A stretch of DNA of 64,000 nucleotides from the human T2T-CHM13v2.0 reference genome, Homo sapiens. This document shows positions 26,772-38,700 of this stretch, piece after piece. The stretch lies in NCBI RefSeq assembly GCF_009914755.1, contig NC_060936.1; one strand, written 5' to 3'. Each line of letters starts with the position of its first letter. Positions within the stretch are counted from its first letter, which is position 1. Under the pieces are notes generated by a model. The model was given only the letters and a program-made list of their open reading frames with translations, had not been told where the DNA came from and searched no databases. A program made the position numbers and the translations under genes.

Positions 26772-29700
26772 CTGCACGCCGCGCGTGCCACACGCTCTGT
26801 GGGTGCCAACCAGGCACGCCAGGATCCCTGGGGCATGGCGCAGGGGCTGCTGGGAAGGCACGTATGTCCGTGGGGGCCCAGACCACCCTCCTCTGTTGTG
26901 TCTTTTTTTTTTCCTTCCACAGTTGCCTCTGCCTCCCATTTCAAGCCTTATCTTCTCTTCGGGGGTGTTGCTGCTTAATTTTGCCACCCCTTGTGCGTGA
27001 CATGCACCGTGGGTGCGAACCAGGGAGGCCAGGATTCCTGGGGTCCCATGCATGGGCTGCTGGGAAGGGACTTCCTTCTGTGGGGGGACCAAGGCCCCCT
27101 CCTCTGCCACACCGTTTTTCTCCTTCCACAGGTGCCTCTATCTCCCCTTTCAAGCCTTATCCTCTCTTCTGGCATATTGCCAATTTGGGGTGCCATCCAA
27201 GGGCGCGACATGCACTGTTGGTGCAAACCAGGGATGCCAGGGTCCCTGGGGCCCCACATAGGGACTGCTGGGAAGGCACTTTCGTCAGAGGTAGGACTCA
27301 AGCCACCCTCCCCTGCCGCGCCATTTTTTTCTTTCCACAGGTACCTCTACCTCCTCTTTCAAGATTTATCTTCCCTTCTGGGCCTTCTTGCCACTTTGGT
27401 GTGCCCTCCCTGGGCGCGACACCCACCGTGGGTGTGAACCAGGGATGCCAGTATCCCCGGGTCTTCGCGAAGGGACTGATGGCAAGTCACTTTTTTCCGC
27501 GGGGTGACCCACGCCTACCTCCTGTTCCACGCCGTTTTTTTTTTTTTCCTTCCACAGGTGCCTCTTCCTCCTCTTTCAACCCTTAACTTCTCTTCTGGGT
27601 CTTCTTGCCGCTTTGGGGTGGCCTACGTGTGCCCGACAGGCACCGTGGTGCGAACCAGGGATGCCACGATCCCTGGGGTCCCATACAGGTTCTGCTGGGG
27701 AGGCACTTTCGTCCGTGCAGAGATCCAGGCCCCCCTCCTCTGCTGCACCATTTTTCTCCTTCCACAGTTGCCTCTGTCTCCCCTTTCAAGCCTTATCTTC
27801 CCTTCTGGGCCTTCCTGCCACTTAGATGTGCCCACTGTGGGCGTGACATGCACCATCGTTGCGAACTAGATATGCCTTTATCCCCAGGGCTCCGTGCAGG
27901 GACTGCTGGGAAGGCACTTCCATTCCTGGGGGGACCTAGGACCCCTCCTCTGCTGTGCCATTTTTTTTCCTTCCCCAGGTGCTTCTAACTCTCCTTTCAA
28001 GACTTATCTTCCCTTCTGGGCCTTCTTGACGATTTGAGATCACCCCCGCGGGCACAACCCACACCAAGGTTGTGAACCAGGCATGCCAGGATCCCTGGGT
28101 CCCCTCGCAGGGGGTGCTGGAGGCACTTTCGTCCGCTGTGGGACCTAGGCACCCCCCTCCTCAGCTGTGCCATTTTTTTCTTCCACAGCTGCCTCTACCT
28201 CCCCTTTCAAGCCTTATCTTCCCTTCTTGGCTTTCTTATCATTTTGGGTGACCTCCGTGGACACGACAAGCACTATGGGTGCGAACCAGGGATGCCAGGA
28301 TCCCCGGGCCAAGTGCAGGTTCTGCTGGAAAGGCACTTTCTTCCGTGGGGGGACCCAGTCCCCCTTCTGTGCTGCGCCACTTTTTTTCCCTTCCACAGTT
28401 TCCTCTACCTCCCCTTTGAAGCCTTATCTTCCCCTTTGGGCTTTCTTGCTGCTTTGGGGTGTCCTCCATGTGTGCGACACCTACTGTGGGTGTGAACCAG
28501 TGACACCAGGATCCCTGGGGCCCCATGAAGGGGCTGCTGGGAAGGTACTTTCTTCTGTTAGGGGACACGCCCCCATTCTGTGCCGCACCATATTTGTTCC
28601 TCTTACTCTCCTTTCAAGCCCTATCTTCCCTTCTGGGCCTTCTTGCCGCTTTCTGGTGCCCTCCGTGTGGGCAACACGCACCGTGGGTGTGAACCCTGGA
28701 TGTCAGCATACCCGGGGCCCCACGCAATGGCTGCTGGGAAGGCACTTACGTCCGTTGGGGAACCCAGGCCCCTCTCTTCTGCCGTGTCGTATTTTTTTTT
28801 TCCACAGAGGCCTCTAGCCCTTCTTTCAAGCCTTATCTTCCCTTCTAGGACTTCTTGCCACTTGGGGTGCCCCGTAGGCGCGACAAGCACTGTGGGTGTG
28901 AACCAGGGATGCCAGGAGCCCTGGGCCTCACGCATGGGTTACTGGGGAGGCACTTTCTATTGTGGCGGGACCCAGGCCCTCCTCCTCTGCCATGCCATTG
29001 TTTTTCCTTCCACAGGTGCCTCTACTTCCCCTTTCAAGTCTTATGTTCCTTTCTAGACTTTCATGCCGCTTTGGGGTGCCCCCGGCGTGTGTGACACACA
29101 CTCTGGGTACGAATCAGGGATGCCAGCATTACCAGGACCCCGCACAGGGGCTACTGGATGAGCAGTTTCATCTGTGGGAAAACCCAAGCCCCCCTCCTCT
29201 GCCACACCGTTTTTTTTCCCTTCCACAGGTGCCTCTATCTTCCCTTTCAAGCGTTATCTTCCCTTCTGGGCTTTCTTGCCATTTTGGGGTGCCCCTGTGA
29301 GGGTGACACACACCGTGGGTGTGAACCAGGGATGCCAGGATCCCCGGGGCCCCATGCAGGGGTTCCTGAGAAGGCACTTTCGTCCATGGGAGGACCCAGT
29401 ACCCCATCCTCTTTCACGCCACTTTTTTCCCTCTACAGTTGCCTCTTCCTCCACTTTCAAGCCTTATCTTCCCTTCTGGGCATTCTTACCACTTTGGGGT
29501 GACCCTCCTGGCGTGACATGCACCCCGTGGGCATGACACGCACCGTGGGTGTGAACCAGGGATGCCAGGATACCCGGGTCCTAGCGCAGGGGCTGCCGGG
29601 GAGGCACTTTTGTTTGTGGGTAGACCCAGGCTCCCCTCCTCTGCTGCACCATTTTTTTTTCTTCCACAGGTGCCTCTACCTCCCCTTTAAAGCCTTATCT

Positions 29701-32700
29701 TCCTTTCTGGGCATTCTTGCCACTTTGAAGGGCCCCTTATGGGCATGACATGCACCGTGGGTGCGAACCAGGCAAGCCAGGATCCTCGGGGACCCGCGCA
29801 GGGGATGCTGGGAAAGTACTTTCGTGCACGGGGCGACCCAGGCCCCCCTTCTCTGCCGCACCATTTTTTTCTTCCACAGGGTTCTCTACCTCCCCTTTCA
29901 AGCCTTATCTTTCTTTCAGTGCCTCCTTGCCACTGAGGGGGGCCCACCATGGGCACAACACTCACTGTGTATGCGAACCGGGGAAGTCAGAATCCCCAGG
30001 GCCCTGCACAGGGGCTGCTGTGAAGGCACTTTCTTCCGTGGATGGACCCAGGGCCCCCTCCTGTGCCACACCATTAGCTTTCTTTCCACAGGTGCCTCTA
30101 CCTCTCCTTTCAGGCCTTATCTTCTTTAATGGGCGTTCTTGCAACTTTGGGTTGCCCCCGTGGGCGTGACAAGCACCATGCTTGTGAGCCATGGATGCCA
30201 GGATCCCTGCAGCCCCACCCAGGGGGTGCTGGGAAGGCACTTTCATCCTTGGGGGGACCCAGGCCCCGCTCCTCTGGGTCGCCATTTTTTTTCCTTCCAC
30301 AGGTGCCTCTACCTCCTCTTTCAAGCCTTATCTTCCTCTCTGGGCCTTCTTGCCTCTTTGGGTGCACCCTGCCGTCATGACACACACCTTGGGAGTGAAC
30401 CAGGGATGCCAGAATCCCCAGATCCCCACGCAGGGGCTGCTGGGATGGCACTTTTGTCCGTGGGGAGACCCAGACTCCCTGCTCTGCTTCGCCATATTTT
30501 TCTTTCCACAGGTGCCTCTACCTCCCCTTTTTAGCCTTATCTTCCCTTCTGGGACTTCTTGCTTCTTTGAGGTGCCCTTCGCATGTGCGACATGCACAGA
30601 TGGTGTGGACCAGGGATGGCAGCATCCCCTGGGCCCTGAGCATGGGCTGCTGGGAAGGCACTTTCGTCTGTGGGGTGTCCCAGGCCCCCCTCCTCTGCCG
30701 CACCATTTTTTTCCTTCCACAGGTGCCTCTACCTCCCCTTTCAAGCCTTATCTTCCCTTCTGGGCCTTCTTGCCACTGTGGAGTGTCCCCTGCGGGCGTG
30801 ACACACACAGTGTGTGTGAACCAGGTACTCCAGTATCACCAAGTCCCCATTCAGGGGCTGCTAGGGAGGCACTTTTGTCTGTGGTGGGACCCAGGACCCC
30901 TCCTCTGCCACGCCATTTTTTTTTCCTTTCACAGGTGCCGCTACCTCATCTTTCAAACCTTATGTTCCCTTTTCTTAATTATTGCCACTTTGGGGTGCCC
31001 GACATGCACCATGTGTATTTACCAGTGATGCCAGGATTCCCTGGGCCCCAGGCAGGAGCTGCTGGGAAGGCGCTTTCGTCCGTCGGGGAATCCAGGCCGT
31101 CCTCTGCTCCTGGGCCATTGTTTTTCCTTCCACAGGTGCCTCTACTTGCCCTTTCAAGCCTTATCTTCCTTTCTGGTCATTTTTGCAACTTTGGGTTGGC
31201 CCCTGTGGGAGTGACAATCAACTTGGTGCGAGACAGGGATGCCAGGACCAGTGGCTGCTGGGAAGATACTTTTGTCCATGGGGGGACCCAGGCTCCCCTC
31301 CTATGCTGCACGATTTTTTTCCTTCCACAGGTCACTCTACCTCCCCTTTCAACCTTATCTTCCCTTCTGGCCCTACTTGCCATTTTGGGTTGCCCCCCAG
31401 CGGGCACGACATGCACCATTGGTGCAAATCAGGGATGCTAGTATCACTGGGGCCCTGCGACGGGGCTGCTGAGGAGGCCCGTTCGTCTGTGGGAGGACCC
31501 AGGCCCCCCTCCTGTGCCATGCCTTTTTTCCTTCTACAAGTGCCTCTACCTCCCCTTTCAAGCCTTATCTTCCCTTCGGGACCTTCTTGCCACTTAGGGG
31601 TGCCCCCTGGGGGTGCAACACGCACTGTGGGTGCGAACCAAGGTCACCAGGATCCCCGGGTCCCTGCTCAGGGTCCGCTGGGAAGGCACTTTCATCCTTG
31701 GGGAACCCCGACACCCCTCCTCTGATGCGCCATTTTTTTCCTTCCCCAGGTGGGTCTACCTCCTGTTTCAAGCCTTATCTTTCCTTCTGGACCTTCTTGC
31801 CTCTTTGGGGTGCCCTCCCACGGGTGCAACGCACACTGTGGCTGTGAACCAGGGAGGCCAAGATCCCCGGAGCCCCACGCAGGGGCTAATGGAAACGTAC
31901 TTTCGTCTCTGGGAGGACCCAGGTCCTCCTCCTCAGCCGTACAGTTTTTTTTTTTCCCTCAACAGATGGCTCTACCTCCCCTTTCAAGCCTTATCTTCAC
32001 TTCTGGGCCTTTTTGCCACTTTGGAGTGCCCCATGGGCAAGACCCGCACTGTGGGTGTGAACTTGGGACATCAGGATCCCCAGGGCCCTGCTCCAGGGCT
32101 CCTAGGGAAACACTTTTGGCCGTTGGGTTATGCAGGACCCCTTCTCGGCTGTGCCAATTTTTTTCCTTCCACTGATGGCTCTACCTCCCCTTTTAAGCAT
32201 TATCTTTCGTTCTGGGCCTTTTTGCTGCTTTAGGGTACCCTGCACAGGCACGACACACACCTTGGCTATGAACCAGAGATGCCAGAATCCCCGTGGCCCC
32301 ACACAGTGGCTGCTGGGATGGCACTTTCGTCCATGGGGGACCTAGGCCCCCTCCTCTGCTGCGCCATATTTTTTCCTTCCACAGATGCCTCTACCTCCCC
32401 TTTCAAGTCTAATCTTCGCTTCCGGGCCTTCTTGCTGATTTGAGGTGCTCCCCGCATGTGTGACATGCACGGATGGTACGAACTAGGATGCCAGTGTTCC
32501 CTGGGCACTGAGCAGGGGCTGCTGGGAAGGCACTTTCATCCGTGGGGTAACCCAGGCCCCTCTCCTCTGCCGTGCCTTTTTTTTCCTTTCACAGGTACCT
32601 CTACTTCACCTTTCAAGACTTATATGACCTTCTGGGCCGCCTTGCCACTTTTGGGTGCCCCCCACGGGCGTGAGATGCACAGTGGGAACAAACCAGGGTG

Positions 32701-35700
32701 GCCAGGATCACCAAGTCCCAATGCACAGGCTGCTGGGAAGGCACTTTCATCCGCAGGTGGAACCAGGACCCTCTCCTCTGCCGCGCCATTTTTTTTTTCC
32801 TTCAACAGGTGCCACTACCTCACCTTTGACGCCTTATTTTCCCTTCTCTCAATTCTTGCCGAATTGGGGCCCAACCTGTGGGTCCGACAGGCACCCTCAT
32901 TGCGAACCAGGTATGCCAGGACCCCCGGGCCCCGCACAGGGGCTACTGGGACAGCATTTTCTTGTGGGAGGACCTAGGACCCCCTCCTCTGCCATGCCAT
33001 TTTCTTTTCCCTCCACATGTGCCTCTACCCCTGTTTCAAGCCTTATGTTCCCTTCTGGCCCTTCTTGTTGCTTTGTAGTGTCCCCCGTGTGCACGACACG
33101 CACCGTGGGTGTGAAACAGGGGTGCCAGGATTCCCGGGACTCTGCACAGGGGCTGCTGGGAAGGCACTTTCGTCCAAGGGGGAACCCAGGCCCCCCCTTA
33201 TGATCCGCATTATTTTTCCTTACACAGGTAACTCTACCTCCCCTTTCAAGATTTATCTTCCCTTCTGAGACTTCTTGCTGCTTTGTGGTGACTCCGCGGG
33301 TGCAACATGCACCATGGTGTGAACCAGGGACACCAGCATCCCTGGGGCCCCGTGCAGGGGCTGTTGGGAAGACACTTTCATCCGTGGGGGGACCTAGGTC
33401 CCCCTCCTCTGCCGCGCCTTTTTTTCCCTTCCACAGGTGCCTCTGACTCCCCTTTCAAGCCTTATCTCTCCTTATGGGGCTTTTTGCTGCTTTGGGATGC
33501 CCCCACTTGGGTGTGACATGCACCGTGGGTGAGAATCAGGGATGCCAGGATCCCCAGGGTCCTGCGCAGGGGCTGCTTGGATGGCACTTTCATCCATGGG
33601 GCGAGCCAGGCCCCCCTTCCCTGCCGCGCTTTTTTTTAATTCCACAGTTGCCTATACCTCCCTTTTCAAGGCTTATCTTCCCTTCTGCTCCTTCTTGACG
33701 CATTGAGGAGGCGCCTGTTTGCGTGACAAGCACCGTGGGTGCGAACCAGGGATGCCAGGAAGTCCTGGGCCCTACGCAGAGGCTGCTGGGAAGGCACTTT
33801 CAACCGTGGGTGGACCTAGGCCCTGCTTCTCTGCCGCGCCATTTTTTTCCTTCTACACTTGCCTCTACCTCCCCTTACAAGACTTTTCTCCCCTTTTTGG
33901 CCTTATTGCTACATTGGGGTGCCCCCCGGTGGGCACGACATGCCCCATGGGTGCGAACGAGGGATTCCAGGATCCCCGGGTCCCCAAGCAGGGACTGTTG
34001 GGAAGGCACTTTCACCCATAGGGGGCCCAGTTCCCCTCCTCTGTCGCGCTGTTTTTCTTCCTTCCACAGGTGCCTCTACCTCCCCTTTCAAGCCTTATCT
34101 TCCCTTCTAGGATTTCTTGCCACGTTGGGGTGCCCAGGTCAGATGCAACATGCACCATCAGTGTGAACAGGGACACCAGCATCGCTGGGGCTCCACGCAG
34201 GGGCTCCTGTGCACTTTCGTCCATGGGGGGCCCCACGCCCCCCTCTTCTTCCGCACAATTGTTTTTCCTTCCACAGTTGCCTCTACCTCCCCTTTGAAGC
34301 CTTATCTTCCCTTCTCGACCTTTTTGCCGCTTTGGGGTCCCCCCTGGCAGGTGGGACACCCACCGTGTTTGTGAACCAGGGATGCCAGGATCCTTGGGGT
34401 ACCGAGCTGGGGCTGCTGGGAAGGCACTTTCGTCAGTGGGGGACCTGGGTCCCCCTCTGCGGCAGCGCCATTTTTTTTCCTTCCACAGGTTCCTCTACAT
34501 CCCCTTTGAAGCCTTCCCTTCCCTTCTGGGCCCTCTTGCCTCTTTGGAGAGTCCCCCTTGGGCTCGACAAGCACCTTGGGTGCGAACCAGGGATGTGAGG
34601 ATCCCTGGGGCCCCACTCATTGGCTACTGGGAAGGCAGTCTCATCCGTGGGAGGACCTAGGCCCCCCTCCTGTGCCACATCGTTTTTTTTTTTTTTTCCT
34701 TCCACTGGTGCCTCTACCTCCCCTTTCAAGCCATATCTTCCCTTCTGGAACTTCTTGCTGATTTGGGGTGCCCCGTCGGGCATGACACGCACTGTGGGTG
34801 CAAACCAGGGATGCCAGTATCTCCGGGGCCCCATGCAGTGGCTGCTGGGAACGCATTTTCGTTTGTGGGAGGATCCAGGCCCCCATCTTCTGCTGTGCCA
34901 TTTTTTTTCCTTCCACAGGTGCCTCTACCTCCCCTTCCAAGCCTTATCTCCCCTTATGGGCCTTCTTGCTACTTTCGGGTTCCCCCACGGTGGGGGGGCA
35001 TGCACCGTGGGCGTGAACCAGGGACGCCAGTATCTCCAGAGCCCCGTGCAGGGGCTGCTGGGAAGGCACTTTTTTCCGTGGTGGGACCCAAGCCCCCCTT
35101 ATCTGCCACGCCATTTTTTTTCCTTCCACAGGTGCCTCTACCTCCCATTTCAACCTTTATCTCCTCATATGGGCCTTCTTGTCACTTTGGGGTGCCCCTC
35201 AATGGCCACAACACGAACCGTGGGTGAGAAACAGGGAGGCCAGGATTCCCGGGGCCTCGCCCATGGGCTGCTGTGAAGGCACTTTTGTCCGTTGGGCGAC
35301 CCAGGACCCCTTCCTCTGCTGCGCCTTATTCTTTACTTCCACAGGTGCCTCTACCTCCCCTTAGAAGGCTTATCTTCCATTCTGGGTCTTCTTGCTACTT
35401 TGGGGTGCCCTTCGTGGGTGCGATCCAGGGATGCCAAAATACCCGGGGCTCCGCGCAGGGGCTCCTGGGAAAGCACTTTAGTCCATGGGGGAACCCAGGC
35501 ATCCCTCCTCTGCTGCGCCGTTGTCTTTCCTTCCACAGGTGCCTCTACAGCCCCTTTCAAGCCTTATCTCACCTTATGGGCCTTGATGCCACTTTGGGGT
35601 GCCTCCCTATGGTCGTGACAGGCACCATGTTTGTGAACCAGGGACGCCAGGATCCCTAGGGCCCTTTGCAGGGGCTGCTGGAAAGGCACTTCTGTTTGTG

Positions 35701-38700
35701 GGGGGATCCAGGCCCCCCTCCTCTGCCACACCATTTTTTTCCTTCCACAGGTGCCTGTACCTCCCCTTTCAAGCCTTATCTTCCCTCTGGGCCTTCTTAC
35801 CGCTTTGGGGTACCTCCTGTGGGCTTGAAACACACCTTGAGCGTGAACCAGGGATGCCAGCATCCCCGAGGCCTCACGCAGGGGCTGCTGGAGAGGCACT
35901 TTCATCCATGGGGAGACCCAGGCCCCCCTCCTACGTCGCGCCATATTTTTTCCTTCCATAGGTGCCTCTAACTCCGCTTTCAAGACTTATCTTCTCTTCG
36001 CGGCCTTCTTGCCACTTTGGGGTGCCCCCTGTGGGTATGACACGTACCATTGGTGAGAACCAGGGAAGCTAGGATCCCCAGGACCCTGCTCGGGCTGCTG
36101 GGAAGGCACATTCGTCTGTGGGAGGACCCAGGCCCCCCTCCTCTGCCGTGCCATATTTTTTCTTCCACAGGTGCCACCACCTCCTCTTTCAAACCTTATA
36201 TTCTGTTCTGGGCCATCTTGACACATTGGGGTGCCCTCCGTGTGCATGACCAGCACCCTGGGTGTGAACCAGGGATGCCAGGATCCCCGGGGCCCCACGC
36301 CGGAGCTGCTGGGAAGGCACTTTCTTCCGTTGGGGGACCCAGGACCCCCTCTGGTTTTTTTCCTACCACAGGTGCCTCTACCTCCCCTTTCAAGCCTTGT
36401 CTTCCATTCTGTCCCTTCTTGCCGCTTTGAGCTGCCCCCGCAGGCAAAACACGCACCATGGGTACGAACCAGGGATGTCTGGATTCCCAGGGCCCCGCTG
36501 CTGGGAAGGCACTTTCGTCCGTTGGAGACCCAGTCTCCACTCCTCTGCCACGCCTTTTTTTTCCCTTCACAGGTGCCTCAGTCTTCCCTTTCAAGCCTTA
36601 TCTTCCTTTCTGGGCTTTCTTGTCGCTTTGGGGTGCCCCATGTGGGTGCAACATGCACCATGGGTGCGAACCAGGGATGGAAGGATCCCTGGGGCCCTGC
36701 CCAGTAGCTACTGGGATAGCACTATCGTCCATGGGGAGACATAGGCCCCCTTTCTCTGCCGCGCCATGTATTTTCCTTACAAAGATACCTCTACCTCCCT
36801 TTTCAAGCCTTATCTTCCCTTCCAGGACTTCTGGCCACATTGGGCTGCCCCCACGGGAGCGACATGCACTGTGGGTATGAACCAGGGATGCCAGGATTCC
36901 CAGGGTCCCACGCAGGGGCTGCTAGGAAGGCACTTTCGTCCATGGGGGACCCAGGACCCCCTCCTCTGCCGGGCCGTTGTTTTTCCTTCCACAGGTGCCT
37001 TACCTCCCCTTTAAAGCCTTTTTCTTCAATTCCGTGCCTTCTTCCTGCTTTGGGACGAACCCCGTGGTGGCAACACGCAACTTGGCTGTGAACCAGGGAC
37101 TCCAGGATCTCCGAGGCCCCGTGAAGGGGCTGCTGGGGAGTCACTTTGGTTCATGGGGTGACCCACGCCCCCCTTTTCTGCGGCGCCATTTTTTTCCATC
37201 CACACGTGCTCCACCTCACCTTTCAAGCCTTATCGTCCCTTCTGAACCCTCTTGCCCCTTTGCGGTAATGCCGTTGTCGCGACATGCACCGTGGGTGTGA
37301 ACCAGGTATGCCAGAATCGCCTGGGCCACGCGTAGGGTCTCCTGGGAAAGTGCTTTCTTCCGTGGGGGGACCCATGCCTCCCTCCTCTGCCGTGTTGTTT
37401 TTTTTCCTTCCACAGGTGCCTCTACCTCCCCTTTCAAGCCTTGTCTTTCCTTCTGGGCTTCTTGCCATTTTGGGTTGCCTTCTGCTGGTTCGACAAGCAC
37501 TGTGGGTGGGAACCAGGGATGCCAGGATCGCCGGGGCCACGTGCAAGGGCTACTGGGAAGGCATTTTCTTCCTTGGGAAGACTCAGGCTCCCCTTTTCAG
37601 CCATGCCCGTTTTTGTCCTTCCACTGGTGCCTCTACATCACCTTTCAATCCTTATCGTCACTTCTGGGCCTTCTTGCCGCTTTGGGATGACCCCGTTGTC
37701 TTGACATTCACCATGGGTGTGAGCCAGGGATGGCAGGGTCCCCAGGGCCCCATGCAGCAGCTGCTGGGAAGGCACATTCATCCGCGAAGGGACCCAGACC
37801 CCCCTCCTGTGCCGCGCTGTTTTTTTTCCTTCCACAGGTACCTCTACCTCCACTTTCAAGGCTTGTCTTCCCTTCTGGGCCTTCGTGCCGCTTTGGGGTG
37901 CCCCCTGTGGGCGTGACACTCACTGTGGGTGTGACTCTCACTGTGGGTGTGAACCAGGGATGCCAGAATCCCTGGGGTCCCCCGCAGGGGCTGCTGGGAA
38001 GGCACTTTCATCCATGAGGGGACCCAGTCCCGCCTCCTCTGCCTTGCCTTGTTTTTCCTTCCACAGGGGCCTCTACCACCCCATTCATACCTGATCTTAC
38101 CTTCTTGGATTTCTTGCTGCTTTGGGTGTCCCCCCAGGCACGACACGCATTGTGGATGCAAACCAGGGATGCCAGGATCCATGGGGCCCTGCGCAGGGGC
38201 TGCTGGGAGGGCACTTTCTTCTGTGGGGGGATCCAGTCTGCCCTCCTCTGCAGCACTGTTTTTATCCTTCCACAGGTGCCACTACCTCCACTTTCAAGCC
38301 TTATATTCCCTTCTGTTCCTTCTTGCAGCTTTGGTGTGCCCCCATGGACATGACACGCACTGTGGTTGTGAACCAGGGATGCCAGGATCCCCGGGGCCCC
38401 AAGCAGGGGCTGCTGGGAAGGAACTTTCTTCTGTGGGGGGACCCAGGCCCCCTCCTCTGCCGCGCCACTTTTTTTTCATTCCACAGCTGCCTCTAACTCT
38501 GCTTTCAAGCCTTATCTTCCCTTCTGGGCCTTCTTCCTGCTTTGGGGTGCCCCTCATGGGTGAGACACGCACTGTGGGTGTGAACCAGGGACACCAGGAT
38601 CTCCAGGGCCCCGTTCATTGTCTGCAGGGATGTCACTTTGGCCTGTGGGGGGACCGAGGCACCCCTTCTCTGCCATGCCAATTTTTTCCATCCACAGATG

